DNA of 64,000 nt from an uncultured Alphaproteobacteria bacterium (GCA_903837555.1 CAILUV010000092.1:24615-88614), one strand, 5' to 3'; shown: positions 1-9,997, counted from the stretch's first letter. The notes: generated by a model not told the origin, from the sequence alone. Translations and numbers: made by a program.

Positions 1-206
1 AAAACATCATCGCCCAGCACGCAGATGGTGAGTGGCGCGCCGGCGCCTGCGAACACGTCATCAGGCCAGCTTATGAAGGGAACGAAGCGCGTGAGATAGG
101 CTGCCTTCACCGCATATTCCAGCGAGCCTTGCGCTACGGCGGGCGCCGTGGCGGGACCGGCCAGCGCAATCATGCATCCCACCGCGGCGAACAACCGGCT
201 GCGCAT
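1..206 (-). CDS. YfiR family (DUF4154) periplasmic protein, 5' part only (runs off the window edge)
   Basis: Hand translation MRSRLFAAVGCMIALAGPATAPAVAQGSLEYAVKAAYLTRFVPFISWP...PLTICVLG: signal peptide plus the EYxVKAAYL...W-P...ICVLG pattern of YfiR. ATG lies 2 nt after the TonB receptor stop. Confidence 0.8.
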   Translation of the reverse strand, partial: MRSRLFAAVGCMIALAGPATAPAVAQGSLEYAVKAAYLTRFVPFISWPDDVFAGAGAPLTICVLGDDV

Positions 207-208
207 CG

Positions 209-2125
209 TTACAGGCTCTGGCGCAGGTTCAGCATGATGGAGCGCGGTATGTAATGCGCCGGATAGGCCGAGGGATCGTTCACTTCCTGGTGGTTCTGGT
301 GGAAGAGATTCTGGCCGATCAGCGACAGCGTCGTGCCGTCCTGCACGCGCCAGCCGATCCGCGCATCACCTTCCATATACGACCCCAGCACCACGCGCGT
401 GGCGCCGGTGGCGGGGTTGCGCATCTTGACATGGCCGATCACGCGCAGGCCCGCATCGAATTCCCAGTCTTCAAAGGGATTCATTTCCGAACGCAACTGC
501 ACCTGATGCGACGGATCCTGGCCCAGCGCCTGACCGTTGCTGAAATCGTTGCGCCCCGGTTTCAGGCCCTGCAGGCGCTGCACCCAGGAAAAGCCGAAGT
601 TCAGCCGCCACCAGTCCGTCATCCCATACTTGCCCCAGGCTTCGACGCCATAGGCGTCGCCGGTGATGCCGTTGCGCAATTGGACCGGAATGATGGTCAC
701 CGGATCGGCAAAGGTGGTGCGGATATCGTCATACTGATTGTAGTAAAACGAGGCTGACAGCGACAGCCTGTCCATGGGCTCCCCACGATAGCCGACCTCA
801 AAGGCGGTGAGCTTTTCGGGACGAAAACGCGGCGCGGGCAGCAGGATGCCCGGCGCCATCAACTCGCGGTCGATCTTGGACGGCGTGCGCACCGCGCGGC
901 TGATCGACGTCCACAGCAGATGCTTGTCGGCAACGTCCCAGGCCAGCCGCAGGTCGGGCAGAAAATCGAGATTGGAAAAGGAGCTGTTCTCGACCTTGAG
1001 ACCGGCCGTGAGCCTGAGGTCATCCAGCAGCTTGAAGGAGTTCTGCGCGAACAGGTTCTGCACATTCACATAGCTGGTAGGATCGGCGAAGGTGAAGACG
1101 TTCTGCGAATAGAAGGATTCCTTGGAGCTGCGCACTTCCGCGCCCCAGGTGAAGACGTCGTTCCAGCCCAGCGAGGTGTTGTGCTGGATCTGGATGGCGG
1201 ACGCATAGAGTTGCTCCTGCGCCAGGCCGGGCAGGATGCGGTTGGCTTCGTCGCGATATATTTGCAGTTCCAGCGTGTCGCCGCTCTGGAAAGCGCGCGT
1301 CCAGCGTCCGGTGACGTTGAAGCCGCGGCCCTTTTCGATTTCCATCGCCGGGGTCGAATTGGCGTAGATGTCGCCCTGCAGCGTGAAGGTGTCGCGGCCA
1401 TATTCATGGTCCAGCCTGAACCCGCCCTGGTTGCGCGCCCAGGCATCGCGGTACGGCGCCAGCGCCGACAGCGACACCGTGTTGTTGGCGCGGCTGACCT
1501 GGCCGTACAGGCGCAGGGTGGTGCCGGCCCAGGGCGTGAAGCCGTAGCGCGCCATGAACTTGTTGTCGGTGGTGCCGGCAGTGGCATCGACCACCAACCC
1601 CTGGGTTTCGCCCGAGGCTTTGGTGACGACATTGATCACGCCATTGACGGCATTGGCGCCATACAGCGCCCCGCCAGGCCCGCTGACCACTTCGATGCGC
1701 GCCACATCGGCCAGCGGCACATCGACATTCTCCCAGAACACGCTGGAGGCAAGCGGCGAATACACGCTGCGTCCGTCCACCAGAACCAGAAGCTTGTTGG
1801 AGGATTCCGGCGAGTTAAAGCCGCGCGCGCTGATCGTGTAGGAAAAGCCGTTGATGCGCGCGACTTCCAGATTGGGCGCCAGCCGCAAGGCTTCGGGCAG
1901 GTTGACCGCGCCGGAGCGGCGAATGTCCTCGCCCGAAATCATGTATACGGCCGCCGGGGCCTTGGCCAACAGCTCGGGCCGGCGCGACACGGATGTGATC
2001 TCGACCTCGGCAAGCTGCTCGATGGACAGGGCGTCCAGGTCGGCGGTGCTGGCCGCCATCTGCTGGGCGCAAACCGGCGTGACCAGCAAAAGACCAGCCA
2101 GCACGCCCAGACTCACACGTGACAA
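209..2125 (-). CDS. TonB-dependent outer-membrane receptor
   Basis: Plug motifs (EALRLAPNLEV, LVLVDGRSVY, IARIEVVSGPGGALYGANAVNGVINVVTK), aromatic beta-barrel, C-terminal LNLRQSL. Start uncertain: TTG at 2125 follows AGGGGT; the ORF is open to 2197. Confidence 0.9.
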   Translation of the reverse strand: MSRVSLGVLAGLLLVTPVCAQQMAASTADLDALSIEQLAEVEITSVSRRPELLAKAPAAVYMISGEDIRRSGAVNLPEALRLAPNLEVARINGFSYTISARGFNSPESSNKLLVLVDGRSVYSPLASSVFWENVDVPLADVARIEVVSGPGGALYGANAVNGVINVVTKASGETQGLVVDATAGTTDNKFMARYGFTPWAGTTLRLYGQVSRANNTVSLSALAPYRDAWARNQGGFRLDHEYGRDTFTLQGDIYANSTPAMEIEKGRGFNVTGRWTRAFQSGDTLELQIYRDEANRILPGLAQEQLYASAIQIQHNTSLGWNDVFTWGAEVRSSKESFYSQNVFTFADPTSYVNVQNLFAQNSFKLLDDLRLTAGLKVENSSFSNLDFLPDLRLAWDVADKHLLWTSISRAVRTPSKIDRELMAPGILLPAPRFRPEKLTAFEVGYRGEPMDRLSLSASFYYNQYDDIRTTFADPVTIIPVQLRNGITGDAYGVEAWGKYGMTDWWRLNFGFSWVQRLQGLKPGRNDFSNGQALGQDPSHQVQLRSEMNPFEDWEFDAGLRVIGHVKMRNPATGATRVVLGSYMEGDARIGWRVQDGTTLSLIGQNLFHQNHQEVNDPSAYPAHYIPRSIMLNLRQSL

Positions 2126-2236
2126 CGACACCCCTGATGCCTTTCCTGGCGCGCGCAACAGGCCGACGGTCTCCCCCTCAGGAGCCAATTCGACCAAAAA
2201 CGCAGGGCCTTGCGGAAAGTTCCGGCGGGTGCCGCA

Positions 2237-4354
2237 CTATTTCTTGGGTGGTACCAGACCGCGATGCTCCAGCAGGGGCCCGATCTCCGGGTCCTTGCCA
2301 TAGAAGGCCCGGAACATGGGGCCGTAATCCATGGTGTGGCCCTTGGACAGGATCAGGTCGCGGAAGCGCTGGCCATTGGCCCGGGTCATGCCGCCGTTGC
2401 GGTTGAACCAGGCAAAGGCGTTGGTATCCAGCATCACCGTCCACTGATAGGCGTAATAGCTGCTGGCATAGCCGTTGGCCCAGATGTGCAGGAAATAGCT
2501 GGAGCGGTAGCGGGTCGGCACATTGGGAAAATCGGTGCCGGTCTTCTTCAGGGCCTGGGCCTCGAACCTGTTCACGTCCTGCCTGGGCGAGCCGGGCGGC
2601 AGGGCATGCCATTGCAGGTCGAGCTGCGAGGCGGCCAGCAATTCACCCAGCGCGTAGCCCTGGCCCCAGGTCTGGGATTTCTTGATGCGGTCCACCAGCG
2701 ACTGCGGGATCGGCTTGCCGGTCTGGTAATGCACCGCATAGCGCTTGAGTACTTCGGTGTTCAGCGCCCAATGCTCGTTGAACTGCGAGGGGAACTCGAC
2801 AAAGTCGCGCGCCACATTGGTGCCCGACACCAGAGGGTAGGTCTGGTTGGCGAAGAGCCCGTGCAGCGCATGCCCGAATTCGTGGAACATGGTGCCGACA
2901 TCTTCAAAGCTGATGAGCGCCGGCTGGCCCGCCGCAGGCTTGGTGAAGTTCGAGACGTTGTAGATGACCGGCTTGGTGCCGAACAGCTTGGACTGGCCGA
3001 CGTAATTGCTCATCCAGGCGCCGCCGCGCTTGTTGTCGCGCTTCCAGAAATCGAAATACATCAGGCCCAGCGGCTGGTCGTTTTCCTCGAACACTTCGTA
3101 TACGAGCATGTCGGGGTGATAGACCGGCAGGTCGGTGCGGCGCTTGAAGGTGATGCCGTACAGCCGCGTGGCGGAATAGAACACGCCATCGTTCAGCACC
3201 CGGTTGATCTCGAAATAGGGTTTCAGCGCCGCTTCATCCAGGTCATAGCGTTCCTTGCGCACGCGCTCGGCATAGCGCTGCCAGTCCCAGGGCTTGAGCT
3301 GAAACTTGCCGCCATCCTTATCAATGGCCGCCTGGATCAGCCGGGCTTCTTCCGCCGCCTTGGCGCGGGTCGCCGGCACAAGCTGGCCGATGAACTTCTC
3401 CACCGCCTGTGAATTTTCCGCCATCTGGTCGTACAGCACATAGGCCGAGTAATTGGCATAACCCAGCAACTTGGCTTTTTCGGTGCGCAGCATCGCGAGC
3501 TGCGAGATGATGGCGCGGGTATCGTTGGCATCGCCCTTTTCGCTGCGCGTCCAGCTTGCGTTGAACAGGCGCTCGCGCACGCTGCGGTTGGACAGCGAGG
3601 TCAGCAGCGGCTGCTGCGTGGTATTCTGCAAGGTCAGGACATACTTGCCCTTCAGCCCGCGCTCTTTGGCGGCATCGGCGGCGGCCGCGATTTCCGCATC
3701 CGTCATCCCGGCCAGGTCGGACCTGTTGTCCAGCACCAGCGCCCCGGCCTTGGTGCCCGCCAGCAGCTTCTGCTGGAACGAGGTTTCCAGCGACGCGGCT
3801 TCCTTGTTGATCGCCCGCAGCCGCGTCTTGCCCGCATCATTCAGGTTGGCGCCAGCATGAACGAACTGCTTGTAATAGATGGTCAGGGTCTGCAGCGCTT
3901 CGGCATCCAGCTTCAGCGACTGGCGCTTGTCGTAAAGCGCCTTCACCCGCGCGAACAGTTTGGAGTTGAGATAGATGGCGTCGGCATGCGCCGCCAGCCG
4001 CGGCGCCATGGCCGCTTCGACCTTTTCCAGCGCCGGGTTGGAATTGGCCTGATTGACCGCAAAGAACACATTGGCGGTGCGATCCAGCATGCGGCCCGAC
4101 CGTTCCAGCGCCACGATGGTGTTGTCGAAGGTGGCCGCAGCCTTGTTGCCCGCGATGGCTTCGATTTCCGAAAGGTGCTGCTTCATGCCCGCATCGAACG
4201 CGGGCTGGTAATGCGCATCCTTGATCTGGTCGAAGCGCGGTGCCTGATAGGGCAGCGTGCTGGGCTTGGCGAAGGGGTTTTCCTGGGCCTGGGCGGCGCC
4301 CGCAAGCAGCAGAGCCGCACTTATATATAGGGCGGTGGAAAGCGTGTGTTTCAT
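2237..4354 (-). CDS. dcp: M3 family metallopeptidase, peptidyl-dipeptidase Dcp-like, exported
   Basis: HEFGH zinc motif, RDFVEFPSQ, KRGGAWM and GYASSYYAY motifs; signal peptide MKHTLSTALY...AQA. Confidence 0.9.
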   Translation of the reverse strand: MKHTLSTALYISAALLLAGAAQAQENPFAKPSTLPYQAPRFDQIKDAHYQPAFDAGMKQHLSEIEAIAGNKAAATFDNTIVALERSGRMLDRTANVFFAVNQANSNPALEKVEAAMAPRLAAHADAIYLNSKLFARVKALYDKRQSLKLDAEALQTLTIYYKQFVHAGANLNDAGKTRLRAINKEAASLETSFQQKLLAGTKAGALVLDNRSDLAGMTDAEIAAAADAAKERGLKGKYVLTLQNTTQQPLLTSLSNRSVRERLFNASWTRSEKGDANDTRAIISQLAMLRTEKAKLLGYANYSAYVLYDQMAENSQAVEKFIGQLVPATRAKAAEEARLIQAAIDKDGGKFQLKPWDWQRYAERVRKERYDLDEAALKPYFEINRVLNDGVFYSATRLYGITFKRRTDLPVYHPDMLVYEVFEENDQPLGLMYFDFWKRDNKRGGAWMSNYVGQSKLFGTKPVIYNVSNFTKPAAGQPALISFEDVGTMFHEFGHALHGLFANQTYPLVSGTNVARDFVEFPSQFNEHWALNTEVLKRYAVHYQTGKPIPQSLVDRIKKSQTWGQGYALGELLAASQLDLQWHALPPGSPRQDVNRFEAQALKKTGTDFPNVPTRYRSSYFLHIWANGYASSYYAYQWTVMLDTNAFAWFNRNGGMTRANGQRFRDLILSKGHTMDYGPMFRAFYGKDPEIGPLLEHRGLVPPKK

Positions 4355-4405
4355 GGCAGGCCCAGCTTGATCGCGGGGCAATCTTACCTGCCGCAGCCGC
4401 GCGCG

Positions 4406-5239
4406 CTAGAGCAGTCCGCCCGTCGCCCGGATGGCGTTGATCGCCACGTTCACATTCTCCCGCACCGCCTGGGGCTTGCCCGCGATGGTGACCACCGCCT
4501 TCACGTTATTGGGATACTCACCCGGCAGGGCAGCGCGAATTCCGGTGACCGTGTTGACGTCGATCTTTACCGCCGCGCCATTGGGCCGGGTCAGCCTGAC
4601 CAGATCGACCGGCGCGCTGCGCAGCGTCCTGGCGATGCCGGCGGTATAGGCGCGGGTTTCGGCAGGCAGGCGCCCCCCGCGCTCGACGCGGCCAGGACCG
4701 GCATTGTACGCGGCGAACATGCGCGGATAGCCGTAACGATTGTGCAGCCAGCGCAGGTAGGCGGTGCCGGCCAGGATATTGTCGCGCGCGTTGGATGGAT
4801 CGGCGCCCAGCCGGTGCTGCGCGGCCATTTCCTGATAGGTCGCAGGCATCACCTGCATCAGGCCGATGGCGCCTGCGCTGCTGACGATGGGACGATCATG
4901 GCCCAGCATCGTGCGGCCGCCGCTTTCCTGGCGCATCACCGCGCGGATCCAGGGCTTTGGCACATGGAAACGCTGCGAGGCTTCGGTGATCAGCCCATCC
5001 CAGCGATTGAGAAGCTGGTTGGCGGTGAGGCGGCGCTCATAGGAATAGGCCGACACATCCGGCTCGTTCATCAACTGCAGCAAAATCGGACGCTGCTTCG
5101 TAGCGCCGCCCGTCTGCATCTTGTTGATGTTCTGCATCGTCATCGCGGCAACCGCGAAAAGGCCGCCCAGCAGCAGCGCATGCGCAAAGCCGCGCGGGCA
5201 AGGTTTGCTCACCAAGGCAAAAGCTTCAATGTTGGACAC
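4406..5239 (-). CDS. Lytic transglycosylase (SLT domain) with N-terminal hydrophobic anchor and an extra C-terminal domain
   Basis: AVMRQESGG, GAIGLMQVMPATY and AAYNAGPG motifs; GTG start preceded by AGGAG. Confidence 0.85.
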   Translation of the reverse strand: MSNIEAFALVSKPCPRGFAHALLLGGLFAVAAMTMQNINKMQTGGATKQRPILLQLMNEPDVSAYSYERRLTANQLLNRWDGLITEASQRFHVPKPWIRAVMRQESGGRTMLGHDRPIVSSAGAIGLMQVMPATYQEMAAQHRLGADPSNARDNILAGTAYLRWLHNRYGYPRMFAAYNAGPGRVERGGRLPAETRAYTAGIARTLRSAPVDLVRLTRPNGAAVKIDVNTVTGIRAALPGEYPNNVKAVVTIAGKPQAVRENVNVAINAIRATGGLL

Positions 5240-5419
5240 AGTGGCTCCTGAAGAGGGGTCGCTTGTGGAACTGATCGAACGATGGGAACGGGCGGGCGCG
5301 TCAAACTTTTCAGTTGGCGCATGGAACGAAATCATTCCACGCGGATTGCACCCCAGCCCTTGCCGACATAACGGCGATGCTTTCGGAACTCAACATGAAA
5401 CTCGCAGGAACAAAAGTTC

Positions 5420-6022
5420 CTAGCGGTACTGCGCAGCGCGCGCGCGCAAGTGCGCGGCGAGCGCTTTCACATCGCCATTGCTTTGCGCCAGCACCGCGCC
5501 GAATTCATCGCGCTGCGCGATCGCAAGCCACAGACCCGCAACACCCAGATCAACCAGCACCGGCTTGGCGCCGTCGGTGCGCACGCGAAAATCAATTTCC
5601 AGCGCGGCCGAGTTTCCGCCGGTGACGCTGGTGCGCACGACATAGTCGTTCGGGGCGCGCTCGCGCGAATCGATCACGCGCAAACTCTGTCCGGCATACA
5701 GCGCGAAATAGGATTGATAGACCGCCTGCGCGTAATCCTGATACGCCGCGACATAGGCGTCGATATCGGCGGGGGCCGCCGCCGTCGCATGACGGCCCAG
5801 CAGGAACAGCGCCACGCGCCGCACATCGGTCAGCCCGGTCACGAATGCGGCGAAGCGCGTCTTGCGCTCAGCGGCGCTCGCACTGCGGTCGTTGAGCAGG
5901 TCGAAGCCGCGCTGGATGTTCTGCGAAACGAAGGTCTCGGCGGGATTTGCCGCAAAAGCCGGGAGGGGTGAAAAAGCGAGCGCGGCCGCCGCCCCGGCGA
6001 GCAGGAGATTTCTGCGATGCAT
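5420..6022 (-). CDS. mlaC: MlaC/Ttg2D family phospholipid-binding periplasmic protein
   Basis: Twin-arginine-like leader MHRRNLLL; LxxYAG...IDFR...VDLGVAGLW...QRDEF pattern. Confidence 0.75.
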   Translation of the reverse strand: MHRRNLLLAGAAAALAFSPLPAFAANPAETFVSQNIQRGFDLLNDRSASAAERKTRFAAFVTGLTDVRRVALFLLGRHATAAAPADIDAYVAAYQDYAQAVYQSYFALYAGQSLRVIDSRERAPNDYVVRTSVTGGNSAALEIDFRVRTDGAKPVLVDLGVAGLWLAIAQRDEFGAVLAQSNGDVKALAAHLRARAAQYR

Positions 6023-6317
6023 GGAAAAATGTCCTCGGCCTTGAAGACCGCTTCGCGGTCCGGGTGGCCCCCGCGCGCCTTATAGCGCAGGGAAAGAGCC
6101 TGAAATATGGCCAGGCCCGCGAACGCGGCTTTTTGGCGGAATTTGCGACAATTTCGGCCCCTTCACGCGGCCCGGCGACGCTGGCCCGGCGCGAAAGGCG
6201 CTGCTACTGTATCCCCACAAAACGCCTCGGCCAACGAGGCTTGGGAGGAATAAGCATGCCGTCACTGGGCCCAAAGGCCGGACGCGGCGAGCAATCATTA
6301 CGCAAGGAGTTCTGATC

Positions 6318-6848
6318 GTGGCGTTGAAATTCTTCGTGCCTGCGCGGCTGGCGGCGCTGGCCGCTTCATTGTTTTTTGGCGCCCCCGCCCTCGCGGCGGA
6401 TTACCAGACCGATCTCAGTCCCATGCCGCTGGACGACGAAACCAAGTTCATCATCGATGGCCGCGGCAACGCCACGGCCAGCTATGACGGCAAGACCTTC
6501 ACCGTGAAGGGCGACTTCAAGGGCATGCCGTCCAACGCCATCAGCGCGCATATCTTTTCCTCGCATCTGCCGGGCATGCCGGGCCCCAAGCAGTTCGACC
6601 TGGAAGTGACCAAATCAACCAGCGGCACCATCTCCGGCAGCTTCACGCTGACCTCGGCGCAACAGCGCCTGCTGCGCACCGGCAAGCTCTATATCCAGAT
6701 CAACAGCGAAAAGGCGCCGGAAGAATATCCGTGGGGGCCCAAGGGCACGCTGTGGGGCTGGCTGTTCCCCGCCTATGAAGTGGTCGGGCCCAACGTGCCG
6801 CAGCAGGACCACTGGTTCATTCCCCAGCTCGATGTTCCCACGCGCTAA
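6318..6848 (+). CDS. CHRD domain-containing exported protein
   Basis: Signal peptide; AHI...G.L...G.LYIQINSEKAP..GTLWGWL matches the CHRD pattern; AAGGAG upstream. Confidence 0.7.
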   Translation: MALKFFVPARLAALAASLFFGAPALAADYQTDLSPMPLDDETKFIIDGRGNATASYDGKTFTVKGDFKGMPSNAISAHIFSSHLPGMPGPKQFDLEVTKSTSGTISGSFTLTSAQQRLLRTGKLYIQINSEKAPEEYPWGPKGTLWGWLFPAYEVVGPNVPQQDHWFIPQLDVPTR

Positions 6849-6888
6849 TCCGCCGCCGCGCGCCAACGAAATTTGAGGACGTTCAAAA

Positions 6889-9210
6889 ATGCGTAAGAAA
6901 ACTGGATTTTTCATGGGCGCCGCCGCCACCGTCGCGCTGGGCGCGTTGGGCGCGACCGCCATCGTTCCCGCCGCGCTCGGCCAGAATGCCGCCGGCCCCT
7001 TCACGGCGCAGCAGGTTGTTGATGGCCGCGAGGCCTATGCCGCGGCCTGCGCCTATTGCCACCTGCCCGACCTGGCCGGCACCAATGACGCGCCCGCGCT
7101 GGGCGGCGTCGCCTTTGTCGGCGCCTGGGGCAAGCGCACCACCGCGCAGCTCTACAGCAAGATTCACCTGACCATGCCGCTGGGCGGCGCGGGCAGCCTG
7201 AGCGAAAAGCAGACCGCCGACATCGTCGCCTATATTCTTGAGCGCAACGGCGCCAAGCCGGGCGCCACGGCGCTGACGCCCAAGACCGCCGTGCCGATCG
7301 GCAGCATCGCGAGCGGCAAGGCGCCGCCGCAGACGGCCCAGCCCGCGCCCACCGCGCCGGTCGCCACCCAGCCACAATCGGGCGGCGGCGCCGCCGCGCA
7401 GATCAGCGGTCGCCAGGAATCGGCGCCCGCCTCGGGTGCCGGCAATGCGCCGGCGCAGAGTGCCGGCAACGCCGCAGCCCAGCCCGGCCAGAGCCTGTTC
7501 CAGCGCGCCATGGCGGGCGTGCGCGTGCCCGATCCCGGCGGCTTCGGCCTGCCGACGCGCTTCGGCCTGATCCATGAAGGCAACATCCAGAACTACCAGC
7601 CCGTCACCGACGACATGCTGCGCAATCCGCCGGACAGTTCCTGGCTGATGTACCGCCGCAACTATGAAGGCTGGAGCTACAGCCCGCTGAACCAGATCAA
7701 CACCGAGAATGTGAAGAACCTGGCGCTGAAGTGGATGTGGTCGCTGCCCGAGAACGGCACGCTGGAAATCACGCCGCTGATTCACAACGGCATCCTGTTC
7801 ATCTGGGGCACCAGCAACACCATCCAGGCGCTGGACGCCAAGACCGGCGAACTGCAGTGGGAAAACCGCCTGGGTCCGGCCCCGCGCCGTCCCGGCCCCG
7901 GTCCATCCACCGAAGAAACCCGTGCGATGGGCCTGTGGGGCAACAACATCTATGTGAACACGCCGCAGGGCTATCTCTATGCCCTCGACGCGCGCACCGG
8001 CAAGGAAGTGTGGAAGACCCACATCACCGACGAAAAGCAGTTCCCCAACAATGGCGGCACGGTCGGCGGCTCCACCGGCGGCGTGATCATCATCAACGGG
8101 CGCGTGCTGGTGGGCATGACCAATTGCGGCCGCAAGGGCGACGACAATCACTGCTATATCAGCGCCTATGATGCCAAGACCGGCAAGCGCGACTGGAAGT
8201 TCGTGACTGTCGCGCTGAAGGGCCAGAAGGGTGGCGACACCTGGAACAACCTGCCCGACAATGAGCGCAAGGGCGGCGAGACCTGGATCGCGGGCACCTA
8301 CGATCCGGCGACCAACACCACCTTCTGGGGCACGGCGCAGGCCAAGCCCTGGCGCCGCGACCTGCGCGGCAGCGGCGACGGCGCGACCGAGTATGCCAAC
8401 TCGACCCTGGCGCTGGATGCCGACACCGGCAAGCTGAAATGGTCCTACAACCATGCGCCGGGCGAGTCGCTCGACCTCGACGAAGTGTTCGAGCGCGTGG
8501 TGGTAACCCATGGCACGCAGAAGTCGATCCTGACCATCGGCAAGCCGGGCATTCTTTGGAAGATCGACGCTGTGACCGGCAAGTTCATCGCCGCCAAGCA
8601 GACGGTGTTCCAGAACGTCTATGAAAACTTCAACGAAAAGACCGGCAAGGTCGTCTACCGCAAGGACATCCAGAACCAGAAGGTGAATGAATGGCTGTCG
8701 TCCTGCCCCGGTCCGCAGGGCGGCCATGACTGGCAGTCGACCAGCTACCATCAGCCCAGCGATGCGCTGATCATCCCCCTGTCGCAGTCCTGCGTCTTCA
8801 TGTTGGGCAATGGCTCTCAGACCTATTTCGAGATGCCGGGCACCAACGGTAACAATGGCCGCCTGTCCGCCTACCGGGCGCGCGACCTCAAACCGCTCTG
8901 GTCGTTCCAGCAGCGCTCGCCCTTCCTGACCGGCGTGGTCTCGACGGCGGGCAACCTGGCCTTTGTCGGCGACTTCGACCGCGTCTTCCGCGCGGTGGAC
9001 ACCCGCAACGGCAAGACCCTGTGGCAGACCCGCCTGGGCACCACGGTGCAGGGCTATCCGGTCAGCTTCAGTGTGGACGGCAAGCAGTATGTCGCGGTCA
9101 CCACCGGCCTGGGCGGCGGCAGCCCGCAGAACAAGCCGGCCACGCTGCTGCGCGAAGTGAAGCGCCCGGCCAACGGCTACAACCTGTTCGTCTTCGCCCT
9201 GCCCGACTAG
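6889..9210 (+). CDS. PQQ-dependent dehydrogenase-family beta-propeller with N-terminal c-type cytochrome domain
   Basis: Signal peptide, CAYCH heme motif (residues 54-58), low-complexity linker, repeated AxDAxTGxxxW tryptophan-docking motifs, W.MY.RNY..WSYSPL.QIN N-terminus of quinoprotein alcohol dehydrogenases. Confidence 0.85.
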   Translation: MRKKTGFFMGAAATVALGALGATAIVPAALGQNAAGPFTAQQVVDGREAYAAACAYCHLPDLAGTNDAPALGGVAFVGAWGKRTTAQLYSKIHLTMPLGGAGSLSEKQTADIVAYILERNGAKPGATALTPKTAVPIGSIASGKAPPQTAQPAPTAPVATQPQSGGGAAAQISGRQESAPASGAGNAPAQSAGNAAAQPGQSLFQRAMAGVRVPDPGGFGLPTRFGLIHEGNIQNYQPVTDDMLRNPPDSSWLMYRRNYEGWSYSPLNQINTENVKNLALKWMWSLPENGTLEITPLIHNGILFIWGTSNTIQALDAKTGELQWENRLGPAPRRPGPGPSTEETRAMGLWGNNIYVNTPQGYLYALDARTGKEVWKTHITDEKQFPNNGGTVGGSTGGVIIINGRVLVGMTNCGRKGDDNHCYISAYDAKTGKRDWKFVTVALKGQKGGDTWNNLPDNERKGGETWIAGTYDPATNTTFWGTAQAKPWRRDLRGSGDGATEYANSTLALDADTGKLKWSYNHAPGESLDLDEVFERVVVTHGTQKSILTIGKPGILWKIDAVTGKFIAAKQTVFQNVYENFNEKTGKVVYRKDIQNQKVNEWLSSCPGPQGGHDWQSTSYHQPSDALIIPLSQSCVFMLGNGSQTYFEMPGTNGNNGRLSAYRARDLKPLWSFQQRSPFLTGVVSTAGNLAFVGDFDRVFRAVDTRNGKTLWQTRLGTTVQGYPVSFSVDGKQYVAVTTGLGGGSPQNKPATLLREVKRPANGYNLFVFALPD

Positions 9211-9232
9211 GCAGCGAAAAAGACGCGATTTG

Positions 9233-9270
9233 GATAGGGGCGCGGCGCGAGCTGCGCCCTTATCATTTTG
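9233..9270 (+). terminator. Probable intrinsic terminator after the PQQ gene
   Basis: GATAGGGGCGCG...TGCGCCCTTATC stem followed by ATTTTG. Confidence 0.5.
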
Positions 9271-9352
9271 ATATATAATGGATTTTCTGTCCCGTTGACG
9301 GCGCAGGGGGCTCTATCGCAAGCAGTGCCCACCAAAACAATGGGGGTCCTTC

Positions 9353-9997
9353 GTGCTGCGCTTTTTCCAGGCCATGATGCCGCGCGAAGAAAAGTTCTTC
9401 GGTCACTTCAATGACCATGCCCGCACGCTGGTGGACGGCGCCGTCGCGCTGCGCGACCTGCTGGAAGGCGGCCCCGGCATAGCCGCTGCCTGCAACCGCA
9501 TTTTCGAGCATGAGGAGAAGGCCGACGCCATCGCCCGCGAAGTGCTGCTGAGCGTGCGCCGCTCCTTCATCACCCCCTTCGACCGCAGCGACATCAAGGA
9601 CCTGATCAACCAACTGGACGATGCCATCGACCAGATGAAGAAGACCGCCAAGGCCATCACCCTGTTCGAAGTGACAAGCTTCGAGCTGCACCAGCGCCAG
9701 ATGGCCGATATCATCCTGCGCTGCGCCGAGCTGACGGTGGAAGCGGTGCACCTGCTGGGCTCGGTGCGCGAGAATTCCGGCCGCATCAACGCCATCACCG
9801 AGGAAATCACCCGGCTGGAAGAACAGGCCGACGAGCTGAACGACCAGGGCATCAAGGCGCTGTTCCTCAAGAGCCGCGACGGCAATGCCATGGACTTCAT
9901 CATCGGCAACGAGATCTACGATCACCTGGAAAAGGTGGTCGACCGCTTTGAAGACGTCGCCAATCGCATCAGCGGCATCGTGATCGAGCAGGTCTAG
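9353..9997 (+). CDS. DUF47 / PhoU-like phosphate transport regulator
   Basis: EHEEKAD...FITPFDRSDI...LEEQAD...LEKVVDRFED; directly upstream of pit. Confidence 0.9.
   Translation: MLRFFQAMMPREEKFFGHFNDHARTLVDGAVALRDLLEGGPGIAAACNRIFEHEEKADAIAREVLLSVRRSFITPFDRSDIKDLINQLDDAIDQMKKTAKAITLFEVTSFELHQRQMADIILRCAELTVEAVHLLGSVRENSGRINAITEEITRLEEQADELNDQGIKALFLKSRDGNAMDFIIGNEIYDHLEKVVDRFEDVANRISGIVIEQV

Noticed and set aside
2126-2236. Cobalamin riboswitch upstream of the TonB receptor
   Set aside because: No B12-box or conserved GGGAA/ACTG elements recognised in this short gap.
6124-6160. RegA-like boxes before the CHRD-PQQ operon (GCGGC-TTTTT-GGCGG)
   Set aside because: Only partial matches in GC-rich DNA.
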